Positions 18,598-29,948 of a stretch of DNA of 64,000 bases are shown here, one piece after another (position 1 is the first letter of the stretch; the number at the start of each line of letters is the position of its first letter). The notes under the pieces are model-generated. The model was given only the letters and a program-made list of their open reading frames with translations. It was not told where the DNA came from and made no database searches. This DNA is from Candidatus Moraniibacteriota bacterium (GTDB taxonomy: Bacteria; Patescibacteriota; Minisyncoccia; Moranbacterales; UBA1568): assembly GCA_963778555.1 (NCBI GenBank), contig CAVZUR010000003.1, positions 21,067 through 85,066 on the forward strand. Direction: 5' to 3'. Position numbers and translations under genes: made by a program.

Positions 18598-19230
18598 TCA
18601 GTAAAGCGCTATCTCGTCGAGCGGCCAGGCTCGGAGAAGCACCCGGCCAATGACGGCAGTCCGATCGATCGGACCGAATGCTCGTGAATCATAACTGAAA
18701 CTGCGATTATCACCGAGGACGAAGTATTGGGATTCGGCAACAGCAGTTTTCTTCATGTCCGAGGTTTTGACTGCTGGATCGAGATAGGCTGATTCATCGA
18801 GCGCGTATCCGTCCGGATGGACCGCATTATAGATGTAGACCCGTCCACCTCGGATCTCGACGGCCTCGCCCGGGAGTCCGATCACCCGTTTGATGAAGTA
18901 TTGGCTCGGGTCTTTCGGAAAGCGGAACACGATCGGCTGTTGCCGGCCGAGCTCACGGAACGGCGTTGTCTTAATATCCGCCACCGGAATCGTGGTCTGC
19001 TTATAGCCGAACTCGCTGATCACGAGGTATTCCCCATCGTCAAAATTCGGCTCCATGGAGGAACCTTGGACAAAGAACGGTTGGAATAAAAAGGCTCGAA
19101 TCGGTATAATGACGACCGCAGCCAACACGAGAATTTTCACCATTTCTAGCAAGAGTTCTGTCGTGGTGAGGTACTCTTCCTCCGGTTCAACGGGGGCTGA
19201 GACGCGCGGTGCCGATAGATTTTCTGTCAT
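18598..19230 (-). CDS. lepB: signal peptidase I
   Basis: VQGSSMEP (Ser), FIKRVIGLPG (Lys), GDNRSFSYDSR. Confidence 0.95.
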   Translation of the reverse strand: MTENLSAPRVSAPVEPEEEYLTTTELLLEMVKILVLAAVVIIPIRAFLFQPFFVQGSSMEPNFDDGEYLVISEFGYKQTTIPVADIKTTPFRELGRQQPIVFRFPKDPSQYFIKRVIGLPGEAVEIRGGRVYIYNAVHPDGYALDESAYLDPAVKTSDMKKTAVAESQYFVLGDNRSFSYDSRAFGPIDRTAVIGRVLLRAWPLDEIALY

Positions 19231-19400
19231 AGTGACTGATTCTTGGGAATCAAAGATGACGTGAGAGTAGGTCATGGGAGACCAGGCATCACTCGCTCGA
19301 AATAAACAGCTTCATCAGAGAGAGAACGACAGTAAAACAACCCGATTGTACCACCATTTGAGCCCGATATCAAGGGGGAAGGATGGCTTAGCTAAAGGCA

Positions 19401-20942
19401 ATGAATCGAAACCATCCTGAAATCGCCAGTCCACCTGCTCGACCGAAAGGTTTCTCCCTCGGTCACGCGGCACTCGAGTCCGCTCCAGTGGTGAAACCTT
19501 CGTCCCGGCGAATTTTTCTGCCGCTTACAAGCGTCGTCCTCACGCTCATGCTCCTTCTCGCGGCTGCATCCTTGTTCGTTGGCGCGCGCTTCACTCGATC
19601 TTTCCATTTCGAAAACCGCGAGCTCTCTTTCTTCCAGGGCATCCGCATTGTCGGCGACTCGCTGCTCGGCACCGGGCGCGCGCTCACGGGTGAAACTGAG
19701 GGCCGTGTGAATATCCTCCTCCTCGGCCGAGCGGGCGAAAAATATCCGGGTCGCAACCTGACCGACACCGTCATGCTGCTTTCGCTCGACCTGAAAAAGA
19801 AGCGGGTCGGCCTCCTTTCGCTCCCCCGCGACCTTTTTGCGCCGATTCCGGGCACTGGACTCTCCACCAAGCTCAATGCGCTCTACCAAATCGGACTGAA
19901 TGACGACCGAGGCACCAAACTGCTCCGTGACAGCGTCGCTGAGATTACCGGGTTGCCCATCCATTACTCGGTCATGATTGATTTCGACGGTTTTGAACGG
20001 ATGATCGATGCGCTCGGCGGCATCTCGATTGAAGTTGAGCGTGATATCTACGACGCGCGATATCCCGGAAAGAATTACAGCTATGAAATCTTCGCGCTCA
20101 AAAAGGGCTGGCAGCGACTCGATGGGCCAACCGCGCTGAAGTACGCACGGGAGCGCCACGATGATCCCGAGGGAGATTTCGGCCGTACCAAGCGACAGCA
20201 AGGTATCATGCAGGCCGTACGCGACAAAGTATGGTCCGTCCCGACCTTCCTCAACCCATTCGCGCTCGCCGGTTTTCTGGAAAGCCTCGGCCAGAGCATC
20301 ACCACTGACATCCCGCCGGAAGAAATCGGACGCTTCATCGAGCTCGCCCGCTCCTTCGATACGAAGAATATCTCCACCGTCGTGGTGGACGCCTGGAAAA
20401 AAGAAAGTCTCTTACGTGTCAGCCATATAGAGGCGGACGGCATCCGAGCCTTTATCCTCGTCCCGCGAAGCGGCACTTGGGATGAAATCCGTGCCGTCGC
20501 TCAGAATCTCTTTGAGGAACGTGGGCGCGAACAGCGCCAAGAAGCCGTGCGACGAGAGTCAGCCAAGATACTCATTCTCACCACGCCACGCTATCGGGCC
20601 GGGGCGGAAGCACTCGCCGCCGATATCCGTGACACGTTTTCCGTCGCGTCAGTGAAAGTCCAGACCAGCAGCATTTTGGACAACGGAAGTGAAACCGCTA
20701 TGATACAGGATGCGAGCGCACTGCGCGTCCCATACACGCTCGATACGCTCGTTGCCCGCTATGCATTGATTGTCGGTGAAGCTCCTTCTAGTCTGCCCGT
20801 CAGCGGCGACGCCGATCTCATTATCCGTTATCTCAAAGTTATTTCACTCGACCTCCCGACACTCGACCGTCCCGAGGCCGAACCGAACGATCAGGATTTC
20901 CAAGTTCCGCTCGCCCCGCAGAAAAATCCCTTCATCCACTGA
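19401..20942 (+). CDS. LytR-CpsA-Psr (LCP) family protein
   Basis: TM, then NILLLG, LTDTVM, SLPRD, KLNA, DFDGF, YARER, DFGRTKRQQ. Confidence 0.93.
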   Translation: MNRNHPEIASPPARPKGFSLGHAALESAPVVKPSSRRIFLPLTSVVLTLMLLLAAASLFVGARFTRSFHFENRELSFFQGIRIVGDSLLGTGRALTGETEGRVNILLLGRAGEKYPGRNLTDTVMLLSLDLKKKRVGLLSLPRDLFAPIPGTGLSTKLNALYQIGLNDDRGTKLLRDSVAEITGLPIHYSVMIDFDGFERMIDALGGISIEVERDIYDARYPGKNYSYEIFALKKGWQRLDGPTALKYARERHDDPEGDFGRTKRQQGIMQAVRDKVWSVPTFLNPFALAGFLESLGQSITTDIPPEEIGRFIELARSFDTKNISTVVVDAWKKESLLRVSHIEADGIRAFILVPRSGTWDEIRAVAQNLFEERGREQRQEAVRRESAKILILTTPRYRAGAEALAADIRDTFSVASVKVQTSSILDNGSETAMIQDASALRVPYTLDTLVARYALIVGEAPSSLPVSGDADLIIRYLKVISLDLPTLDRPEAEPNDQDFQVPLAPQKNPFIH

Positions 20943-20951
20943 CCTCGGCCT

Positions 20952-21497
20952 ATGACAACCCTCATCGTCGGTCTCGGCAATCCCGGACCAGAATACGAAC
21001 GCACCAGGCACAATGCCGGTTTTCTCGCGCTCGACTGGCTGCGCGATCAGTGGTCAGCGCCAGAATTTCACCCGGATTCAAAATTCTCAGCCGAGACTTC
21101 GTCACTGTTCATTGGTGGAGACAAAGTCATGCTCGTGAAGCCGCTCACCCATATGAATGAGTCGGGACGTTCCGTTCGGGCGCTCCTCGACTACTATCAG
21201 CTTCCATCCACTGCACTGATCGTCATCCATGATGATCTCGATCTCGCCTCGGGGACGCTCAGAACGACTGATTCCTCGCGTTCCGCCGGACACAATGGCG
21301 TGCAAAGTATCATCGATGCCATCGGGACACAGGATTTCCGTCGTATCCGCCTCGGCATCGGCCGACCGACAGAGACTGAAGGTGTTTGCATGCCCTCGCA
21401 TGACTACGTGCTCGGCCGTTTTTCGACGGAAGAGCGGGCGCGCCTCACAGACCTCTTCGAAGCAACCGGAAAGTCAATTCGAGAGTACCTCGGCTAA
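20952..21497 (+). CDS. pth: peptidyl-tRNA hydrolase
   Basis: LIVGLGNPG.EY..TRHNAGF, KPLTHMNESG, HDDLD, GHNG. Confidence 0.97.
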   Translation: MTTLIVGLGNPGPEYERTRHNAGFLALDWLRDQWSAPEFHPDSKFSAETSSLFIGGDKVMLVKPLTHMNESGRSVRALLDYYQLPSTALIVIHDDLDLASGTLRTTDSSRSAGHNGVQSIIDAIGTQDFRRIRLGIGRPTETEGVCMPSHDYVLGRFSTEERARLTDLFEATGKSIREYLG

Positions 21498-21509
21498 CCA
21501 AAGGTTGAA

Positions 21510-21691
21510 GGGAGCAAACGAAACCCCATGACCAGACGCCACAGGGTTTTTGAAAGGCATTGAAGACCGGGATTCCGCCGACAGCCGAAAAGACTTCGCA
21601 TGGGGCTCGCGATAGGAGGGTATCGCTCACCCACTCTCGGCGGAATTCTGGCCTCCTCACTTTCGGAAACTCTGAAATTTTTGTTGTCCCC
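21510..21691 (-). ncRNA. candidate ~180-nt rod-like structured RNA (possibly 6S-like)
   Basis: Own promoter TTGACA-17-TAGGGT (21693-21721) just after an upstream terminator; nested helices, including perfect ATTCCGCCGA/TCGGCGGAAT. Confidence 0.45.
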
Positions 21692-21732
21692 TACCCTAGC
21701 GCCAAAGCCCCGAACTGTCAACCAGCGCCCAA

Positions 21733-21761
21733 GAAAAAACCGAGTGACAAGCCACCCGGTA
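21733..21761 (-). terminator. intrinsic terminator
   Basis: ACCGGGTGGC-TT-GTCACTCGGT-TTTTT. Confidence 0.7.
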
Positions 21762-21804
21762 CAATACACCCTCCTTCGATCGGTTTGGAAGTTTCCAATT
21801 GCCT

Positions 21805-22164
21805 TCACCCGGCTACCTCGCATAACATCTGATACGCAGCGATAGCCGCAATGAACGCCAGCGTGATCATCACCGCCGAGAGACTCCAGGCCGCATGGAA
21901 GACCATCACCGTCAGCGGTAGAAGGATGAAAAAGATGACGCTCGGCATCAGTCCAATACGCTCCCGGAATGGTTCTTGCACCACCCACACTGCGACCAGA
22001 TAGATGATGAATCCCGTCGAAACGGCATGAGAAAAACTATTGGGCGTGGCCTCGCCTCGCGGCACTGCCAAAACGAAGAACGACAGGCCAACGCACATCG
22101 AGAGCACGACCATGAGACAGCCAATGACGAGCGCCGCCAAGAGATAAAGAACGGTCTTTCCCAT
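21805..22164 (-). CDS. orphan 4-TM membrane protein
   Basis: AAAGGAG before ATG at 22164; four hydrophobic segments. Confidence 0.7.
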   Translation of the reverse strand: MGKTVLYLLAALVIGCLMVVLSMCVGLSFFVLAVPRGEATPNSFSHAVSTGFIIYLVAVWVVQEPFRERIGLMPSVIFFILLPLTVMVFHAAWSLSAVMITLAFIAAIAAYQMLCEVAG

Positions 22165-22225
22165 ACTGTTCTCCTTTCGTGAAAGTCGGGAATGCCTGAT
22201 ACTCGCATCCTCGATTGAAAATGTC

Positions 22226-22252
22226 AAAGGGACCGGCTCTTCCGGTCCCTTT
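22226..22252 (-). terminator. hairpin after rplY
   Basis: AAAGGGACCGG-AAGAG-CCGGTCCCTTT. Confidence 0.65.
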
Positions 22253-22275
22253 CTACTGCTCCTTGATGGAGAGAA

Positions 22276-23007
22276 TTATTTCTTCTCCTCTTTTTTGGCC
22301 GCAGGCGCTTTCTTGATGTCCTTCTTCACGCCTTGCTTGTCGTCGCCTTCAGTCGCTGGTGCCGCACCTTCTGGCGATTCTTTCACGACGCCTTCAACTT
22401 TCGTCACATCCATTTCGACTTTCTCTTCGAGCGATGACATCTCGGCATCGGTGCGCGGCCGCATGACAGTAGCGACAATCGCTTCGAGCGTATCGAGCAT
22501 CACGACGCCAGTCGGGAGCGCGATATCAGACACCTTTACTTGGCTATCAAAATCAACAAGCTGCGCGAGGTCGATGACGAATGAGTGCGGCAAGTCCTTC
22601 GGGAGGCATTTCACTTTCACTTCATCGAGATTACGGATGAGCACGCCACCCAAGGCCTTCACCGCCGGCGCCTCACCGACAAATTCAAGCGCGACATCCG
22701 TCTCGATCTCTTCATCCATATTCACTTGGTAAAAATCGATATGCGTGAAGCGGCCCGACAAGGGATCCACCTGCACGTCATGGATGAGCGTATTGGCGCC
22801 CCGCTTCCCGTCGACGGAAAGCTCGACGAGCGTACTTTCGCCCGCCGCCTTGTAGAGCTTTATGAAATCGATCGAACGGACCGAGAGATTCATCGGGGTT
22901 GTGCCATGACCATACTGCACTGCTGGAATCAGACCGTCAGAGCGGAGCTTGGCGAGCGCTTTTCCTGATTCTTTTCGCTCAAGCACATTCAGCTTCAAGA
23001 TATCCAT
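22276..23007 (-). CDS. rplY: 50S ribosomal protein bL25/CTC
   Basis: LRSDGLIPAVQYG, HIDFYQV, CTC C-terminal domain. Confidence 0.95.
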   Translation of the reverse strand: MDILKLNVLERKESGKALAKLRSDGLIPAVQYGHGTTPMNLSVRSIDFIKLYKAAGESTLVELSVDGKRGANTLIHDVQVDPLSGRFTHIDFYQVNMDEEIETDVALEFVGEAPAVKALGGVLIRNLDEVKVKCLPKDLPHSFVIDLAQLVDFDSQVKVSDIALPTGVVMLDTLEAIVATVMRPRTDAEMSSLEEKVEMDVTKVEGVVKESPEGAAPATEGDDKQGVKKDIKKAPAAKKEEKK

Positions 23008-23048
23008 AACGCGTATCAATCAGTTTAAAAAATGTCTTTCCTGCCCGG

Positions 23049-23372
23049 CTAGCGGATCAGATCGTCGACGCCACCGTGATGCTCTTTCAGGAACTGGTGG
23101 ACCGTGAGCACTTCATCACTCGAAATCGCCTCGCCCTTGAACAATCGGTTAGCCTCACCTTGTTCGAGATCCGTCAGCACTCCCATAGAAACCACACCGA
23201 CCGGTGACATCGAAACGTAGACTAAGGTCGACGCACCGCAAGCATCGCAGGTGAGATGCAGAGTCGAACGCTTGTCTTCCTGGTCAAGCAAGAGCATCTT
23301 GGCGGGTCGATACTCTTTGCTGCAGACCGGGCAATGGACCAGCGCCTTCAAATTTTCGAGGTTTGGTTTCAC
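23049..23372 (-). CDS. hypothetical Zn-ribbon protein
   Basis: CPVC...HLTCDAC; GVLTDL motif. Confidence 0.75.
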   Translation of the reverse strand: MKPNLENLKALVHCPVCSKEYRPAKMLLLDQEDKRSTLHLTCDACGASTLVYVSMSPVGVVSMGVLTDLEQGEANRLFKGEAISSDEVLTVHQFLKEHHGGVDDLIR

Positions 23373-23384
23373 GTTTGCAGTTTA

Positions 23385-23485
23385 CCCCGTTAGGCAACTT
23401 TGAACAATCGATAGATGGAGACAGAATTACTCCTATAACCAGGTACCTGTGGGGGGCTCAAGGCTTTCAAGGCTGTCTAACGGGG
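23385..23485. mobile_element. 101-bp MITE-like element, copy 2
   Basis: CCCCGTTAGGCA...TGTCTAACGGGG. Confidence 0.7.
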
Positions 23486-23557
23486 TGAATCAAAAAATGC
23501 TCAGGAGCAGCAATTTTCGAGCAAAAATAGTCTACCAGAAGGAAGGGGTCGGGTCAA

Positions 23558-23654
23558 CCCCGTTAGAAACACCCTTCCTTATGAGAGCTACCCTCCATCG
23601 CCGTTTCGCCTATTGGTAACTAAGGCTTTTCCCTAAGAACCTTTCTAAACGGGG
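23558..23654. mobile_element. 97-bp MITE-like element, copy 3
   Basis: CCCCGTTAGAAA...TTTCTAAACGGGG; TCAA on both flanks. Confidence 0.75.
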
Positions 23655-23674
23655 TCAACCCCGGACTGGAGTGG

Positions 23675-23923
23675 TTATGGCGCCAAGACGAAACGGGTCA
23701 CGGTTTTTCCCTCCCACTCGACGATTTCGGTCCACTCACGCAAGGGCCGGGTGAAGAACGGCGCATCCGGATGCTCGTACAACGGCTCATACACCACCAT
23801 CCACTCCTGGTCATTGGAATGCAGCGCCAGGCACTGAACGCGATAACTGTCACCCTTGTAGTGACGATATGTCTCGCCATCTTTCGGCGCATCGGCTGGC
23901 AATGGCACGATATGACCTTTCAT
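23675..23923 (-). CDS. DUF1653 family protein
   Basis: YRHYKGDSYRV..LALHS...VVYEPLY...FTRP. Confidence 0.85.
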   Translation of the reverse strand: MKGHIVPLPADAPKDGETYRHYKGDSYRVQCLALHSNDQEWMVVYEPLYEHPDAPFFTRPLREWTEIVEWEGKTVTRFVLAP

Positions 23924-23943
23924 AAAAGTAAACAATGGATAGA

Positions 23944-25110
23944 TTATTCCCGCCCCTTGATAACCGGAAACTCGATGCCAACCGTTTCATTATTTATGCC
24001 CATCATCGGCTTGTCAGTAGCGAGATCAAACCTTCCATCACCATTATCTTCATACATGATCGCAAAAAGAGTTTCGCCTTTTACGTTTCGAGAAAGCGGA
24101 ATATCGAAATAGTCTTTCTGCCTCTGCTGGTCCTTAAAGGTTTCCGCAAGCTCTGGGGTGTAAGTACCATTTTTCTTGGCCGATGCGATCATAAAAGGTT
24201 CTTCGAGGAGCGAATACGTCCCTAAAACTTTGCCGACACAGCCATCATTAGATTCGTGGATTGCCACCCACGCTGGCACATACGATCGGGCTACATATAC
24301 ATTCACGAGGTTGCCTGGAACCTGGTCGAAAAGCCCCAGGCCTTCCCATTTCGTTTTACCACTAAGATAAACAGATTGGTACTGATTGGCACTTACATCA
24401 GATTTGAAGCGCACCTTGATGAGGGCGGGGTCGGCAAAAGAGTAGCTATCGGTTCTACTTTTTCGCCTATAGGTTCTCACCTTGTCCTTAGAGCGGTCAA
24501 ACAGTCCATCCCCATCATCTTCATACAAGCTCGCATACACTTCGAATCTATCCATGTATCGACTCAAAGGGATGGCGAAGTCATCGTGAGTGCCTGCTGA
24601 CAAGGGATAAACCGCACTATCTTTTTTATCATCTACAGAACCAATGAGCGGGGGTCCGACCGTGACAAATCCGGCTTTCTGTAACTCCACATGCTTTACC
24701 CGTAAATTTCTTCCTGGCTCCTGTTCCGTAGAAATCTGGAAAAAGGCTGACTGATCCTCATCTATTTTCTGAAGTGATTGCTGCACCGCCATGGTAGAAG
24801 CAATTTCCCCGAAAAGGCCGCTTTTAGATTTAGTAATCTCTTCCTCCGACGCTCCCTCTTTTTTTGCTTGTTGGAATGCAGCCTCAAGTTCCTTCTGATA
24901 CTCCTCCATCATCTTCGCCGGTGTCATTACAAATGTTTTTGGCTTGAAACACTCTGACGAAGCCAATGGCTCGATTGGATTGGAAGTTTGAGAGACAACA
25001 CTCTGTTCCTGAGCGGATTTTGAAGGTTGTTTTAAAATATAAAAAGCAGCAACTCCCGTGAATAGAAGGCTTGCCGCTCCAACGACAACGATTGTTTTTA
25101 CCCAGGACAC
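23944..25110 (-). CDS. membrane-anchored secreted protein with a duplicated domain
   Basis: N-terminal TM; two repeats ending LYEDDGDGLFD and MYEDNGDGRFD; AT-richer than flanks. Confidence 0.8.
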   Translation of the reverse strand: MSWVKTIVVVGAASLLFTGVAAFYILKQPSKSAQEQSVVSQTSNPIEPLASSECFKPKTFVMTPAKMMEEYQKELEAAFQQAKKEGASEEEITKSKSGLFGEIASTMAVQQSLQKIDEDQSAFFQISTEQEPGRNLRVKHVELQKAGFVTVGPPLIGSVDDKKDSAVYPLSAGTHDDFAIPLSRYMDRFEVYASLYEDDGDGLFDRSKDKVRTYRRKSRTDSYSFADPALIKVRFKSDVSANQYQSVYLSGKTKWEGLGLFDQVPGNLVNVYVARSYVPAWVAIHESNDGCVGKVLGTYSLLEEPFMIASAKKNGTYTPELAETFKDQQRQKDYFDIPLSRNVKGETLFAIMYEDNGDGRFDLATDKPMMGINNETVGIEFPVIKGRE

Positions 25111-25153
25111 ATTTTTATTTTCTCTACTCTAACACGCCGCGCTCGGGACGAGT

Positions 25154-27232
<2,079 letters not shown>

Positions 27233-27247
27233 AGGGAGATGAATTGA

Positions 27248-27652
27248 CTAGGAAGGACTCATTCGTCGGAACGTGAATTCCACTAGGAGCGCGAGAGCGA
27301 GTGCGAGGAGGGGCAGCCACCAGGTGAGGTAGCCCAGGAATTGAGCGAGAGCGACACCGGTGAGGAAGAGTCCGATGAGCGTGCCTTGTCGGAGCGCGCC
27401 CAGCTGGTACGCCTGTGCCATCTCGGTGTTCAGAAACTTTTCCGCCAGCGCGAGGAGGATGAGGACCACTAGCGCGAAGATGAGAAAAAACAGCGACGAG
27501 AAAAAGAGCGTTTGGCCCCAGACTGTCAGTGTGCTTGGATCCACCCCAAAAATGAAAACGCCGAGGACCCCGAGGGCCGCGAGCGCAGTGAGGCGGAGGA
27601 TGATGACCGAGGTATGGAGACGCATGAGAAAGGTACAGATAATCGCATTCAC
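27248..27652 (-). CDS. hypothetical 4-TM membrane protein
   Basis: Hydrophobic segments; LRQG motif. Confidence 0.75.
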   Translation of the reverse strand: MNAIICTFLMRLHTSVIILRLTALAALGVLGVFIFGVDPSTLTVWGQTLFFSSLFFLIFALVVLILLALAEKFLNTEMAQAYQLGALRQGTLIGLFLTGVALAQFLGYLTWWLPLLALALALLVEFTFRRMSPS

Positions 27653-27760
27653 GCTACCCCCAGTATAGGACTTTTCGAACAGCTTGGCAAGACTCTTTAT
27701 CGCTTATCTAAAGGAAAATCTACCATCACAGCCACGAACGATGGCTGCTTTTAAAGGCGA

Positions 27761-28330
27761 CTATTTCTCATCGTTAGCACGTGCGACATATGACCCTTTT
27801 TCGGTGTTTACGATGACCCGATCGCCGGTCTTGATGAAGAGCGGTGTCGTCAGCGCCATGCCCGTCTCGAGCGTCACAACTTTGTCTCCGCCTGATGCTG
27901 TATCGCCCTTGATACCCGGGGGCGCATCTGCCACAGCAAACGTCATCTTGATCGGAAGTTCGATATTGAGCGGCTGGCCATTCCAATTGAGCATCGTCAC
28001 CTCGGTCCCATCGATGAGATAATCCGCGAGCGGCCCGAGGGTGTCCTTGTCCAGCGTGAACTGATCATAATCCTCCAGGTTCATAAAGAAATACTCCCGT
28101 CCTTCATGATAGAGGTACTGCGCTTTCGATTTGGCCACCTCCGCCTCATCCACCTTGTCTTTGTCCTGGAACGTATAATCGATAATCGCGCCTGACAGGA
28201 GATTCTTCAGTTTGGTCCGCATAACCGCCCCGCCGCGGCCGAGAAAGCTGTGCTGATACTCGACAACGACATACGGCTCCTCGTTCCAGAGGATGCGCTT
28301 GCCGGTCTTGATGTCTGTCAGATTGAGCAT
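27761..28330 (-). CDS. efp: elongation factor P
   Basis: GRGGAVMRTKLKNL, QYLY, FMNLEDYDQ, PGIKGDT, LETG, PLFI. Confidence 0.95.
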   Translation of the reverse strand: MLNLTDIKTGKRILWNEEPYVVVEYQHSFLGRGGAVMRTKLKNLLSGAIIDYTFQDKDKVDEAEVAKSKAQYLYHEGREYFFMNLEDYDQFTLDKDTLGPLADYLIDGTEVTMLNWNGQPLNIELPIKMTFAVADAPPGIKGDTASGGDKVVTLETGMALTTPLFIKTGDRVIVNTEKGSYVARANDEK

Positions 28331-28366
28331 GATGGTCCCTGGGCGTTCGGTTCCAAACCGATCCGT

Positions 28367-28567
28367 TTACTTCACGACGTACGGGATGAGCGCCATAAAG
28401 CGGGCGCGTTTGATCGCCAACGAGAGGTTGCGCTGCTCCGTCGAAGTGAGTCCGAAACGCTTTGGTGGATAGATCTTCCCCTGAGAGTTAAGGAAACGGC
28501 GCAGAAAGTACGCGTCCTTGTAATCGAGGCGGCCGAGTTTCTTTCGAGAGTCTTGGTCGAGTGTCAT
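28367..28567 (-). CDS. rpsR: 30S ribosomal protein bS18
   Basis: DYKD, GKIYP, QRNLSLAIKRARFMALIPY. Confidence 0.96.
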   Translation of the reverse strand: MTLDQDSRKKLGRLDYKDAYFLRRFLNSQGKIYPPKRFGLTSTEQRNLSLAIKRARFMALIPYVVK

Positions 28568-28602
28568 AGAATGTCTACTGTTGAATGGATTGGTGCTCCG
28601 AG

Positions 28603-29076
28603 TTAGAACGGTACGTCTTCGATCTTGATCTCCTTTTCATCATCGAGATTGATGGTCGGAATCTCTTCGTCACGCGGCGGCTCGGTATTCTTGGTGGCTG
28701 CCGGAGTGCTCGATTGAGGCCGCGAAGTATTGCCACCAGAACTCCCAGAAGCCCGCGAACCGAGCTGCATGTTTTCACCTACGACTTCCGTCACGCGACG
28801 CTGACCACCATCCTTTGCTGTGTATTCGCGTGTCTGGAGTCGACCCTCCACGAAAAGCTCTTGGCCCTTTGTGAGGTATTGGCCAGCCACTTCAGCCTGC
28901 CGGCCCCACAGAATAACGGTATGAAATTCCGTCTTCTCCTGCTTCTGGCCGGCCTTGTCGGTCCAGAAATTATTGGTCGCCATGCCGATGGTCGCGACGC
29001 TCTGGCCAGTCGGTGTCGTGCGGATTTCGGGATCACGCGTCAGTCGGCCGACGAGGATGACCTTGTTCACGTTCAT
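28603..29076 (-). CDS. ssb: single-stranded DNA-binding protein
   Basis: NKVILVGRLTRDPE, VEGRLQTR, C-terminal DVPF. Confidence 0.97.
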   Translation of the reverse strand: MNVNKVILVGRLTRDPEIRTTPTGQSVATIGMATNNFWTDKAGQKQEKTEFHTVILWGRQAEVAGQYLTKGQELFVEGRLQTREYTAKDGGQRRVTEVVGENMQLGSRASGSSGGNTSRPQSSTPAATKNTEPPRDEEIPTINLDDEKEIKIEDVPF

Positions 29077-29130
29077 ACGCTTTGCTGTCTTACGAATTAC
29101 ATCTCGCGAAAGCGAGCGCTAACACACGTA

Positions 29131-29676
29131 TTAGATGTCGAGCTTCTCCTTCAGCTTCAGGTCGATTTCTTCCTGACTCACTTCTTTGGTTGGTTCAGCA
29201 GCTGGGGTAGCTGACGATGGAACAGCCCTGGGTTCACTCATGGAGCTGCTCACGGCCGGCCGTTCGCGGCGGAAGCCTCCTCCTCCGCGTGCGCGCGGAT
29301 CTTTCTTCGTGTATTCGGTTCGCTCGATCGGCTTCAGCTCTGGCAGATCATCGGCTCGGAGAATGATCACTCGAAGGACGGTTTTCGACAGCGAAAATTT
29401 CCGGCTGATCCGATTGATGGTATCGCCTTTGGCCATTTCAACTTCGAATTCGGCGCTCGACAATTCGCTCTTGTCAGGAAGCGTGAATCGGCGCGCGATA
29501 TAGATGCCCCGCGTCTCCCCCTCAACTTCATAGGCCAGCTTACGCTTGTCCTGGGTCTCAGGTGCGAGGAATTCCGCACCCTCCCCGCGGCAGAGGCTTT
29601 CGACTTCGGTCCGGATTGCGTCGAGCTCAGGCTCTTTGCTTTCGCCGACCAGATAGAACAGTTCGTACTCACGCAT
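29131..29676 (-). CDS. rpsF: 30S ribosomal protein bS6 with C-terminal extension
   Basis: MREYELFY, KRKLAYEV, VLRVII; rpsF-ssb-rpsR synteny. Confidence 0.9.
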   Translation of the reverse strand: MREYELFYLVGESKEPELDAIRTEVESLCRGEGAEFLAPETQDKRKLAYEVEGETRGIYIARRFTLPDKSELSSAEFEVEMAKGDTINRISRKFSLSKTVLRVIILRADDLPELKPIERTEYTKKDPRARGGGGFRRERPAVSSSMSEPRAVPSSATPAAEPTKEVSQEEIDLKLKEKLDI

Positions 29677-29948
29677 ACAGCGATTGGTGGTTAGACGGTT
29701 AGCGGTAAAATAAATCCACGAACAGCAAGAGAGTCCGTGGGAACAGGCGGCTCCTATCTCTGCTTCGGCATATTCAGAGCGGGAAACCTATGGACTTTCT
29801 TCAGTTGTGTAGAGAGCGTAGCAGGAATCCCGACCGCTGGCAAGAGCGACCCTGCGAGAGGCCTCGAATGAAAAGGGGCCTCACGGAGATGATATGGCAT
29901 CACTTCCCCTGACGATGCCTCGCTCCATCCGGAAGCTCAATCATGATT

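Noticed and set aside
23385-23654. CRISPR array
   Set aside because: The repeats are inverted pairs around ~80-nt interiors, not direct repeats with regular spacers, and no cas genes are in the window.
29785-29805. RNase P RNA, from GAAGAAAGTCC on the - strand
   Set aside because: The other conserved RNase P regions are missing and the space before rpsF is too short.
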